Source of the DNA: Myxococcota bacterium
GTDB lineage: Bacteria; Myxococcota_A; UBA9160
Direction of reading: 5' to 3'
Assembly (NCBI GenBank): GCA_036758525.1
Contig: DAIOWK010000001.1
Location: 1 to 37,080, forward strand
Length of the DNA: 37,080 bases
Shown here: positions 16,086 through 24,372 of the stretch, in pieces
How the letters are laid out: every line of letters begins with the position of its first letter
Position numbering within the stretch: position 1 is the stretch's first letter
Notes under the pieces: model-generated
Told to the model about the DNA's origin: nothing
Seen by the model: the letters and a program-made list of their open reading frames with translations, nothing else
Database searches by the model: none
Position numbers and translations under genes: made by a program

Positions 16086-16286
16086 GCCTTGGCGTCCCTC
16101 CTGCGCAGGTGGGATTTGTTTCTCAGACCGGCGAGCTCCGGCTCGTGGCATGCCTGCCTTTACGCCGCATCGGGCCGCATGGAGGTGAGGAGCCCGCATG
16201 GCGCACGTCTTGACAAGCGAACCTCGCTTCATGCACAAGGAGTGCCGCAACCGAACGCGATACCGCATGGGTGAGGGGAGGGAGGG

Positions 16287-17039
16287 ATGGCCTACGAGAT
16301 CCGGGAAATGGCCTTTGCTGAGGTCCTGGACAGCGCGTTTCAGCTCCTGCGCGACCACTTCGTTCTTCTTGTGGGGACCTCCGCAATTACTCTGGTCCCG
16401 GTTCAGCTCGGGATCCTACTTTTTCCGCGCGCAACGCTCAGGGGGGCGGGAGGGATCGTGGTTGTAGCTCTCCTTATCCTCATCATTTCTCCGTTCGTTC
16501 GAGCGCTGCAGGCCTTTGTGATCGGTGAGCTCTATCTCGGCCGGTCCGTATCGCTGGGACAAGCTTACGGACAGATTCTGCGGATTTTCTTCCCGCTCAC
16601 GGGGACAATTTTTCTCTCAAGCCTCGCGATCATGGGCGCGACCCTATTGCTCGTCCTACCAGGGATCTATTTCGGTCTGGCGTTCGTTTTGATCAATCAA
16701 GTCATGGTATTTGAGCGCACGTTCGGCGCGCAGGCGCTCGGTAGAAGCCGGGAACTGATGCAGGGAAATTTTCTTCGCGCAATTGGGATCCTGCTTCTAG
16801 AAGCAGTCATGAGCTGGACGCTGACGTTCGGAGTCAGTCTCGCTCTTAGGCTCGTTCCGTGGCCGTGGCTTCACGCGCTCGCCGCAGGGATTTCTGCGTC
16901 TGTCGCCTCGGCTTTCGGTGCCGCGGCGTTAGTCGTGCTCTACTTCGAGATTCGCTGCCGCAAAGAGGCGTTCGATCTCGAGCATCTCGCGCGCCTCGTA
17001 GAGGTAGGCGACAATCTGGCTGCCGCTCCTACCGCATAG
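16287..17039 (+). CDS. Polytopic membrane protein (UPF0259/DUF975-like, first gene of the MoxR cluster)
   Basis: GGGAGGGAGGG lies immediately before ATG 16287. About 6 hydrophobic segments are visible. The C-terminus LYFEIRCRKEAFDLEHLA is typical of this membrane-domain family as I recall it. Confidence 0.8.
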   Translation: MAYEIREMAFAEVLDSAFQLLRDHFVLLVGTSAITLVPVQLGILLFPRATLRGAGGIVVVALLILIISPFVRALQAFVIGELYLGRSVSLGQAYGQILRIFFPLTGTIFLSSLAIMGATLLLVLPGIYFGLAFVLINQVMVFERTFGAQALGRSRELMQGNFLRAIGILLLEAVMSWTLTFGVSLALRLVPWPWLHALAAGISASVASAFGAAALVVLYFEIRCRKEAFDLEHLARLVEVGDNLAAAPTA

Positions 17040-17068
17040 GCGGGCACTCGAGAGAACGTCCGTACGCG

Positions 17069-17689
17069 ATGAGTTCAATCGATTTGCCGTCGGACGACGC
17101 CCTGCGCTCTTTGGCGTCGCAGATCCTAGCTCGGCCGGAGTACGCGAAGTTTCGACCGTTTGACGAGGTGTGGTGGCTCCATCTGAAGTCCGCTGTTTTG
17201 CGGTTGCAATCCTGGGTGGCGAATCTCGATCCCTGGCTGTATGCAACCATTCTCGGCGGGCTCGTGTTCCTGCTGGCGCTCCTCATCTTTCACATCGTGT
17301 GGTCTCTTCGTGCGGCGCTCGGCGCCGCATCAAACGTGCCCCATCGAGCGGCCAATACGCACGCCACCGCTCTCGATGTGCAGGCGCGCCGTCTTGCGGA
17401 GGAGGGGTACTTTCTCGACGCTGCGCATCAAATGCACCTCGCGTGCATCGACCGGCTCTTGCGCGAGGGTGTCTTCGAACTCCATCGACACGATCCCAAT
17501 CGGACCCTCCGCAGACGCCTCAAAGCAACTTCGATGCGTGAAGATCTAAAGACAGCGTTCATCTCACTCCTCGAACGCCTCGAGAGAAGGTGGTTCCGGG
17601 ACCACACCGAGGATCCGTCTGACCGCGAGCTTTACGACGAGTGGCGAGACCTACACGAGCGTATTGAGTCCGCGGGGCCTGTTCAGTGA
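17069..17689 (+). CDS. DUF4129-like membrane-anchored protein
   Basis: The ATG at 17069 lies inside listed ORF 16859..17689. There is one central TM segment (LYATILGGLVFLLALLIFHIVW). The helical C-terminal region ...TLRRRLKAT...LLERLERRWFRD... resembles DUF4129. Its stop overlaps the next start. Confidence 0.68.
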   Translation: MSSIDLPSDDALRSLASQILARPEYAKFRPFDEVWWLHLKSAVLRLQSWVANLDPWLYATILGGLVFLLALLIFHIVWSLRAALGAASNVPHRAANTHATALDVQARRLAEEGYFLDAAHQMHLACIDRLLREGVFELHRHDPNRTLRRRLKATSMREDLKTAFISLLERLERRWFRDHTEDPSDRELYDEWRDLHERIESAGPVQ

Positions 17690-18927
17690 GACGTCCCGCT
17701 GCAATCCTTTCGCTTGTGGTGTTCTTTGGCCTTGTGATCGTTGGTTTGTGGCGAGGCGACGACTACCGCGATCTCAGCGCCACAAGCTTTGGCAGAATCC
17801 CTAGCGGACATCGAGCCCTATACGATTTCCTGTCCGAGCTTGGGCTCGCCGTTGCCCGCAGCTATGCACCGCCTACCCAGCTTCCCGCTCACGCGACCGT
17901 GTGGTGGATCGAACCCGACCGCCCATGCGAGGAGCCCAAGGCGGAGGACGAGCCATCGACTGGGCGCGATCGACGTGTGCCTGAGCCGGTTCTCGATGGC
18001 CCAGGCCTCAACCGCTGGATCGCTGAGGGAGGAACGGCGGTGGTCTTTCTGCCGCCCGATTCGCATGTCTGCTCCCGGGACGCGAAGCTTGCGGGCGTGA
18101 GCTTGCCGCCTCGCGAGGAGGTCGCGGTAGATGCAGCGATCTCCGCTGGGAAAGTCGACACGACACGCATCGCGCGTGCGGCGCAGGTTAGCGTAGAGGG
18201 TAGGCTCGTCTCCCAGCCCCGCATCCTCGATCTCCGCACACCTTGGAGCTTCCAAGACGCCTTCCAGGACGTAGCCGGAAGCGGTGCCGAGACGCGCTGG
18301 GAAGCCGCCGCCCGGGTCGGCGCGCGCCCGTTCGTGCTGTGGCAGCGACTCGGTCAAGGGCAGCTCGTCGTAGTAGCGGACGCTCGCTTTGTGCGGAACT
18401 CGGGGCTTGATCGCGCCGACGCCGCACTGCTCGTGGCGGACCTGGTCCGGGCCTACGGAGTGCCATGGATCGATGAGCGCGCTCACGGCCTCGTCGTTTC
18501 GAGAAGTGCCCTCGCCTATCTTGTGGCCTCACCGGCCGCTCCATTTCTCGCGGGCGCGGCGATTCTCGCGCTGGCCTTTGTGTGGTTCCACGCCGCGACG
18601 CCTCCGAGGCGCGTCCCTGAGCTCGATCCCAGCGCACCCAGTCTCGACGCCTTCGTGGACTCGCTCGCCGCGTGTTACGCCTCAACTCGCGACTATGCTC
18701 GTGTCTTTGAGCGCTTTCGCGAACTCACCTCGCGTCGCCTCCGCAGGCACTTCGGTTTGCCTCCGGACGCGCCCGAATCCCAACTCCTCGAGCGCCTGCG
18801 GCGGCGCTGCGCATTGCCTCCCGAGGCGCTCGATCTGCTGGCAAAGGGAACCCCGCTTCGGAGTGCCAGCGAACTCGAGACCGCGGTCCAGCAGATCGAT
18901 CATGTGGTTCGGGAGGCCATCGGATGA
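17686..18927 (+). CDS. DUF4350-like protein with an N-terminal TM anchor
   Basis: The GTG start overlaps the upstream stop (GTGA). MRRPAAILSLVVFFGLVIVGLW is a signal anchor. There is a second hydrophobic segment near residue 290. Its position upstream of moxR is typical for DUF4350. Confidence 0.68.
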   Translation: MRRPAAILSLVVFFGLVIVGLWRGDDYRDLSATSFGRIPSGHRALYDFLSELGLAVARSYAPPTQLPAHATVWWIEPDRPCEEPKAEDEPSTGRDRRVPEPVLDGPGLNRWIAEGGTAVVFLPPDSHVCSRDAKLAGVSLPPREEVAVDAAISAGKVDTTRIARAAQVSVEGRLVSQPRILDLRTPWSFQDAFQDVAGSGAETRWEAAARVGARPFVLWQRLGQGQLVVVADARFVRNSGLDRADAALLVADLVRAYGVPWIDERAHGLVVSRSALAYLVASPAAPFLAGAAILALAFVWFHAATPPRRVPELDPSAPSLDAFVDSLAACYASTRDYARVFERFRELTSRRLRRHFGLPPDAPESQLLERLRRRCALPPEALDLLAKGTPLRSASELETAVQQIDHVVREAIG

Positions 18928-19886
18928 CCGACGCGAGCCCCGCCCCGGTTTCAGCAGTGACGAGGCTGTATCAGGACCTCCTCGCGGGAGTGGGACTGAA
19001 CGTGATCGGTCAGGACGCGGCGGTGCGTCTCGTCTTCGTGACACTGCTTTGCGGGAGTCACAGTCTGATTGAAGGTGTTCCGGGCGTTGCCAAGACGCTC
19101 TTGGTCCGGAGCGTTGCGTCATGCCTCGGCATCCGGTTCGGCCGCGTGCAGTTCACTCCCGACCTTATGCCAAGCGATATCATCGGAACCCCGATCCTCG
19201 ACCCGCGTGCCGGCGAGCTGCGCTTCCGTCCGGGTCCACTCTTCACGGATCTTCTCCTGGCCGATGAGATCAATCGCGCCTCGGCAAAGACACAAGCGGC
19301 ATTGCTGGAAGCCATGCAGGAGCGTGCGGCAACTGTAGATGGTCAAAAACACGTACTTGGCGCACATTTCGCAGTATTTGCGACGCAGAATCCCGTGGAG
19401 CAGGAAGGCACCTATCCCCTACCGGAGGCGCAGCTCGACCGGTTTCTCTTCAAGATCATGATCGACTATCCAAGCGAGGAAGACGAGCGCGCGCTGTTAG
19501 AGCGCCATCACACCGATGAAGTGCCGGTGGCGGAGCCACCCCAAAAGGTGATGCCGGAGCGAATTGACCGCGCGCGAGCCATCGTGCGGGCTGTGAGTGT
19601 GCGGCGTGAGATCACGGAGTACGTGGCAAGCCTCGTGCGCGCGACGCGAGGCGATCTTCACTTCGTGCTTGGTGGCTCGCCACGTGCAGGCGTGCTGCTG
19701 TTGCGTGCCGCAAAGGCAAACGCGGCAATCGAGGGCAGAGACTATGTGTTGCCTGAGGACGTGCAGGAGATGTGGCTACCGGCGCTTCGCCACCGGATTC
19801 AGCTCGAACCCGCGGCCGAGGTAGAGGGTCTCCTAGCCGACGAAGCGCTCCGACAGACGCTTGAGAGTGTGACCGTTCCGCGATGA
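18924..19886 (+). CDS. MoxR-family AAA+ ATPase
   Basis: Contains Walker A GVPGVAKT, Walker B LLADEINR and the MoxR-typical RVQFTPDLMPSDIIGT and FAVFATQNPVEQEGTYPLPEAQLDRF. ATGA overlaps occur at both ends. Confidence 0.94.
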   Translation: MTDASPAPVSAVTRLYQDLLAGVGLNVIGQDAAVRLVFVTLLCGSHSLIEGVPGVAKTLLVRSVASCLGIRFGRVQFTPDLMPSDIIGTPILDPRAGELRFRPGPLFTDLLLADEINRASAKTQAALLEAMQERAATVDGQKHVLGAHFAVFATQNPVEQEGTYPLPEAQLDRFLFKIMIDYPSEEDERALLERHHTDEVPVAEPPQKVMPERIDRARAIVRAVSVRREITEYVASLVRATRGDLHFVLGGSPRAGVLLLRAAKANAAIEGRDYVLPEDVQEMWLPALRHRIQLEPAAEVEGLLADEALRQTLESVTVPR

Positions 19887-21211
19887 CGGTGTGGCCCGCT
19901 CGGTCGCTCGTGTTGGGTCTGGCCGTCTGGACCGGAGCCGCGGCGTTTGCGGTGATGGCACCCTTCCTGGTGCCGGTCCTCCTCGGCTGCCTTGTCATCT
20001 TCGCCACGCTTGGCACCTGGGACTTATGGCTTCTGGGTCGCCGCCCCGCGCTGGAGCTCGAGCGCATCCTTCCGGCGCGAGTTTTTGTTGGACAAGAGAC
20101 ACGAATCGAGCTTCGCTTACGCAACGTCGCCAAGGTTGCCGTGAAGGTTGATGTGCAGGAGGAACTACCCCGCGACGTTTCACAGGTTGAGCCGAGATTC
20201 GGCGACGTCATCGCCGCCCCAGGCGTGGTGACCACCGTTCACTACACGTTGCAGCCTGCCTCGCGCGGAGATCGGCCGCTCGGCGCAGCGGTCCTTTTCG
20301 AGCGTTCGCCGCTCGGACTGTTGCGTCGCCGCCGCTTCGCGGGTGCGGGACAGCTGCTCCGGGTTTACCCCGACACTTCGCACTTCCTTATGAAAGTAGC
20401 GTTGAACCCTCAGCGCATGCGGGTCGCTCTCGGCATGAAGCCGTCGCGGCGACGCGGGGAAGGGATGGACTTCGAGTCGTTGCGCGACTATGTGCCCGGG
20501 GACGATCCGCGGCGCCTCGATTGGGCGGCAAGCGCACGTCGAGGGCGGCCCATCGTGCGACTTCACCAACACGAGCGCAATCACACCGTCGTTGTCGCGC
20601 TCGATTCGAGTCGGCTCATGGCGGCGCGCTCCGAGGGTCGATCGAAACTCGATCACGCGATCGACGCGACGCTGTGCCTCGCATTCGCGGGCCTTGTGTC
20701 GGGGGATCGTATCGGCGTTGTGGTCTTCGATCGCGAGATTCGGGCTCACCTCGCCCCCCGCGCTCATCGCCAGGCGATCGGCGCCTTCAGCGACGTCCTG
20801 CGTCCTCTTCAGCCGCGCATGGTGGAACCGGACTATGCCGCGCTCGTGCGGGATCTGGCGGTTCGCCAGCGCCAGCGCGCGTTCGTCGTGATGCTTACGG
20901 ATTTCGTCGAGGCCGAATCCTCTGGGGTCCCCGCGCCGCTTTCGGTGCTCGCGCGGCGCCATCGTGTATTGGTCGTTGCCATCCGCGATCCAATCTTCGA
21001 TACGCTCGACGCTGAGGATCGGGTGAGCGATTCCCGTGGGATTCTCGGGTTGCACCGGCGTCTTGTTCTGGACGATCTCTTGCACGAGCGCGAGACGACG
21101 CTTGCGCTGCTTCGTCGTCGGGGCGTGCTCACTCTCGACCTACCGCCCCGCAGACTCGTCACCCCGGTTCTAAATCACTATTTGGCGATCCGCTACGGAG
21201 CGGACCCGTGA
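19883..21211 (+). CDS. DUF58 (vWA-like) domain protein with two N-terminal TM helices
   Basis: DFESLRDYVPGDDPRRLDWAASARRGRPIVRLHQHERN is the DUF58 signature. VVVALDSSRLM is a vWA/MIDAS-like beta strand. The ATGA overlap links it to moxR. Confidence 0.9.
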   Translation: MTVWPARSLVLGLAVWTGAAAFAVMAPFLVPVLLGCLVIFATLGTWDLWLLGRRPALELERILPARVFVGQETRIELRLRNVAKVAVKVDVQEELPRDVSQVEPRFGDVIAAPGVVTTVHYTLQPASRGDRPLGAAVLFERSPLGLLRRRRFAGAGQLLRVYPDTSHFLMKVALNPQRMRVALGMKPSRRRGEGMDFESLRDYVPGDDPRRLDWAASARRGRPIVRLHQHERNHTVVVALDSSRLMAARSEGRSKLDHAIDATLCLAFAGLVSGDRIGVVVFDREIRAHLAPRAHRQAIGAFSDVLRPLQPRMVEPDYAALVRDLAVRQRQRAFVVMLTDFVEAESSGVPAPLSVLARRHRVLVVAIRDPIFDTLDAEDRVSDSRGILGLHRRLVLDDLLHERETTLALLRRRGVLTLDLPPRRLVTPVLNHYLAIRYGADP

Positions 21212-22253
21212 GCTCCTCTAGCCAAGCGGTGTCGACGCGTCGCTGGCGGGCGAGGTGCCTGGAGAAGGTGAGCGCGGCGACCAGGAGAAGGGCGAAGGCT
21301 CCGGCGATCGAAAGGCGGGTCGTCGTGCCGAGCTTCGACTCGCGTACGAAGCTCTCCACTGCTCCGGCGACAAAGAAGAGCGGGACGGAGGCGCCGAACA
21401 GCAGCAGGGCAGGATCGATCGCGGTGCGCAGCGCCTCGCGGCGGCCTGAGCGGCCGGGCGCGGCGACTGCCATTCCCAATACTAGCCCAGCAGCCACGCA
21501 GAGCGTGACGGCCGTGAGCTCGGGGATCCCGTGTGGAAGAATCCACGCAAGGAACTCGAGGGGCCAGGGGTCTCTCAGGAAGATGGACGCGATCGCTCCG
21601 AGCGTCATCCCGTTGTAGAGCTGAAGCAGAATGGTGGGCACCGCGGCTAGAATTCCCGTCGCGAAGGCAAGCAGTCCCACCCTGGTGTTGTGGACGAAGA
21701 GCTCGGCGCCAAACAGGGCATTGTGGGCCGCAGGAGTTTTCTCGCGGACAAAGAACTGCACGCGAGCCTCGTGAGATCGGCTAAGGGTTTCGAGTCCTGC
21801 TTGTGAGTAACCGAGTCCGGCTGGCACGAGAGCGGAGAGCGCTTCGGGGTCCCGAGAGCCGAGTACGCCGCCTACGAGGCCCCCGGCCACGAGCAGAAGC
21901 CACGCAGCCGCCTGCGCTCGCCACGTCTGCGCGATGGTGTCGAGGAGCCGGGTGGCGATCGACGGGCTCCGGGCGTGGGGTGCGGCTCGGGAGGCGTACA
22001 GAAACGCGAAGGCGCGGACGCACACCGCGTTGAGATGGCGGATTGCTTCTGGATCTTCGTCCCGGTCGCGGAGGCGTGCAAGCTGCGCCGCGTTGATGCG
22101 ATAGAGGTGCCCGAGCTCACGCAACTCGTCGAACGAGAGATTGTGGGACCGAATCAGCACCGCTCGATCGAGGAGCTCCATGAGCCGTGCGCTCGAGATA
22201 CGGATCGGATCTTGGAGCTTACGGTCAGCAGGCGTCGGCGAGCTCGCTGCCAT
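21159..22253 (-). CDS. SpoIIM-like (DUF95) polytopic membrane protein
   Basis: GGAAAGG lies before ATG 22253. A soluble helical N-terminal region of about 100 aa is followed by about 6 TM segments (e.g. LPHGIPELTAVTLCVAAGLVLG, which is typical of SpoIIM). Its 3' end overlaps the DUF58 3' end by 53 nt. Confidence 0.75.
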   Translation of the reverse strand: MAASSPTPADRKLQDPIRISSARLMELLDRAVLIRSHNLSFDELRELGHLYRINAAQLARLRDRDEDPEAIRHLNAVCVRAFAFLYASRAAPHARSPSIATRLLDTIAQTWRAQAAAWLLLVAGGLVGGVLGSRDPEALSALVPAGLGYSQAGLETLSRSHEARVQFFVREKTPAAHNALFGAELFVHNTRVGLLAFATGILAAVPTILLQLYNGMTLGAIASIFLRDPWPLEFLAWILPHGIPELTAVTLCVAAGLVLGMAVAAPGRSGRREALRTAIDPALLLFGASVPLFFVAGAVESFVRESKLGTTTRLSIAGAFALLLVAALTFSRHLARQRRVDTAWLEELTGPLRSGSPNSDLEPG

Positions 22254-22288
22254 GGTACCTTTCCATTTTGCCAGCAGGATGAACGCCG

Positions 22289-23140
22289 ATGGACGCTCAC
22301 GAGAACCCGGAGTACGAGAGCATCGGCGATGGCCTGCGTCAAGTGGTGCGATCACCCGAGCAGGTGCTTCTCCACTTCCCGGTGGCAGGGCCCACGACTC
22401 GGATGCTGGCCTATGGCATAGACCTCATCGCAGTCTATCTGCTTGAAGGGTTCGTCCTCCTTGTCCTGTTCCTTGCGAGCCCGCTTGCAGCCTGGCTGAT
22501 CCACCAGTTCGACAGCGTTGCCGTGGAGGCAAAGAAGATCCCACAGAGCGCAAGTGAGAGTGCAGCGCTCCTCTATCTTTTTGCGGTCTTCCTGCTCGTC
22601 CAAATCGTGATCGAGTGGGGATACTTTGTGATCTGGGAGCTCTCGTCCGGCGGCCGGTCCCTCGGAAAAATGGCGCTCGAACTCCGCGTGGTTTGCGACG
22701 GCGGGACTCCGATCACACTCCGCGAATCTCTCGTCCGCAACCTCTTGCGGGTGGTCGACTTCTTGCCTGCCAACTACCTGGTGGGTTTGATCGCGATGGT
22801 GGTCTCAGCAGAGGGCAAACGACTCGGCGACGTTGCGGCGGGTACTGTCGTTGTTCGAATGGATCGCCCGGCCGCCGCCTTGCCGCTGCTGGACGAGGGG
22901 GATGCCGGTGCGGCGGGCTTCCGGTTCGACCGCTCTCAAGTTGCGCTTCTTGGACGCGCCGAGCGCGCTCTCCTGCGTCAGACGCTGCGTCGCATGGAGA
23001 CTCTACCACCGGACACCGCCCAGGCCGCATTGGCACGTGCCGTCGAAGTGCTTTGTGCGCGCATCGGCCATGGGCCTGTCGAGCCCGCCGAACACGTCCA
23101 CTTCCTGCGCGCCATGCTGCGTGCGACCCGAGGGCGCTGA
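22289..23140 (+). CDS. RDD-family membrane protein
   Basis: Contains TRMLAYGIDLIAVYLL, WELSSGGRSLGKMALELRVV and LVRNLLRVVDFLP, which are RDD domain hallmarks. It is divergent from the SpoIIM-like gene across a 35-nt gap. Confidence 0.8.
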   Translation: MDAHENPEYESIGDGLRQVVRSPEQVLLHFPVAGPTTRMLAYGIDLIAVYLLEGFVLLVLFLASPLAAWLIHQFDSVAVEAKKIPQSASESAALLYLFAVFLLVQIVIEWGYFVIWELSSGGRSLGKMALELRVVCDGGTPITLRESLVRNLLRVVDFLPANYLVGLIAMVVSAEGKRLGDVAAGTVVVRMDRPAAALPLLDEGDAGAAGFRFDRSQVALLGRAERALLRQTLRRMETLPPDTAQAALARAVEVLCARIGHGPVEPAEHVHFLRAMLRATRGR

Positions 23141-23150
23141 GCGGGACGGT

Positions 23151-24365
23151 TCACTTGAGGACGTTGCGTAGGGTCTCCGCGCAGCGGTCAATCTCTGCAT
23201 CGCCGATCACGAGCGGTGGGCAGAACGCGACCGTGGTCGCGTTCACGGCGCGGACGATCACGCCCGCTGCAAGCATCGCATCTCGCACGGCCACCGAGTC
23301 CCGCCCCGGCAGCAGGCCCGCCGCCCAGAGTCCTCCGTCGCCGCGCACTTCAGCCAGTAACCCCTCACGAACGAGGCTTCGCAGGCCGTCCTCGAGCCGC
23401 TTGCCCACGTACAGGGCACGTTCCAGGAGCCCTTCGCGCCGCGTGATAGCGAGCGCCGCGAGCCCTGCCGCGCACGCCGTCGGGTGACCGGAGTAGGTGT
23501 GGCCGTGGCGCAACACGAAGCTCTCGTCAGCCTCGAGCACTTCGCAAATGCCGCGGCTTATGATTACTCCGCCGAGCGGGAAATAACCCGAGGAAACACC
23601 CTTCGCGAAGGTTAGAAGATCGGGCCGGATGCCGAAGCGCTCGGCTCCGAACCACGAACCAAGACGGCCGAATCCGCAGATCACCTCGTCTAGGATCAGA
23701 TATGCCCCATGTTCATCGCAGAGCCGGCGCAGACCTTCCAAGAAGCCCGGAGCGGGCGGATGGACTCCTCCTGCGCCCTGCACGGGTTCGGCGATGACGG
23801 CAGCAACCTCGCCGCGATGGCGGGCAAAGATCGTCTGCGCGGCCGCGAGGTCATTGTTGGGGATGTGCACAAAGCCCGGTACGAGGGGGCCGAATCCCTG
23901 CTGATTGGCAGGGAGGCCCTGGGCGGAGGTACCGCCATAGGTCGCTCCGTGGTACGCGTGCTCGCGCGCGACGACCAGTACGCGCTCGGGTCGCCGCGCA
24001 CGAATCTGCGCGCTCCGGGCAATCTTGATCGCGGCATCGACGGCCTCGGATCCAGAGCTCGTGAAGAAGATGCGTGGCCGCTCCATCGGTGCGATCTCTG
24101 CGATGCGCGCCGCAAGTTCCTCCGCCGGCTCATTGGTGAAGGGCTCATAGGTGTGGTACGAGGCCAACTTGCGCAGCTGTGCAGCGATCGCCTCGATCAT
24201 CTCGGCATGGCCGTGTCCGACGTTCATGTACCAGAGGCTCGCCATCGCATCGACGTAGCGCTTCCCGCTGTCGTCGAACACGAACGCTCCTTCGCCGCGC
24301 ACAATCGTCAGGAAATCAGATCGTGCCGGCCGCGCAAAGGGGTGGAGAAACGGTGTGGGCGCCAC
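23151..24365 (-). CDS. Class-III (omega-type) PLP aminotransferase family protein
   Basis: Contains SLWYMNVGHGH, FFTSSGSEAVDAAIKIAR, DEVICGFGRLGSWFG and the PLP-lysine context LLTFAKGVSSGYFPLGG. The GTG start lies 7 nt after the upstream stop. Confidence 0.9.
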   Translation of the reverse strand: MAPTPFLHPFARPARSDFLTIVRGEGAFVFDDSGKRYVDAMASLWYMNVGHGHAEMIEAIAAQLRKLASYHTYEPFTNEPAEELAARIAEIAPMERPRIFFTSSGSEAVDAAIKIARSAQIRARRPERVLVVAREHAYHGATYGGTSAQGLPANQQGFGPLVPGFVHIPNNDLAAAQTIFARHRGEVAAVIAEPVQGAGGVHPPAPGFLEGLRRLCDEHGAYLILDEVICGFGRLGSWFGAERFGIRPDLLTFAKGVSSGYFPLGGVIISRGICEVLEADESFVLRHGHTYSGHPTACAAGLAALAITRREGLLERALYVGKRLEDGLRSLVREGLLAEVRGDGGLWAAGLLPGRDSVAVRDAMLAAGVIVRAVNATTVAFCPPLVIGDAEIDRCAETLRNVLK

Positions 24366-24372
24366 AGTCGGT

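Noticed and set aside
16210-16238. TTGACA at 16210-16215 as a sigma70 -35 element for the first MoxR-cluster gene.
   Set aside because: No acceptable -10 lies 16-18 bp downstream (the sequence there is GCACAA/ATGCAC). It is probably a chance hexamer and is not reported as a feature.
16071-16358. Longer N-terminal extensions offered by the ORF track. They are 16071-16358 (LOG), 7713-7769 (radical SAM), 25831-25914 (SPL-like), 11296-11343 (SDR), 14082-14102 (hypothetical, TTG), 2113-2127 (P450, TTG) and 26571-26585 (SDR, TTG).
   Set aside because: The extensions are R/P/C-rich or overlap the neighbouring gene. They begin with weak codons or lack an SD. Downstream starts have an SD, a 4-nt overlap or a -10 context, and they sit just before the conserved N-terminal motifs.
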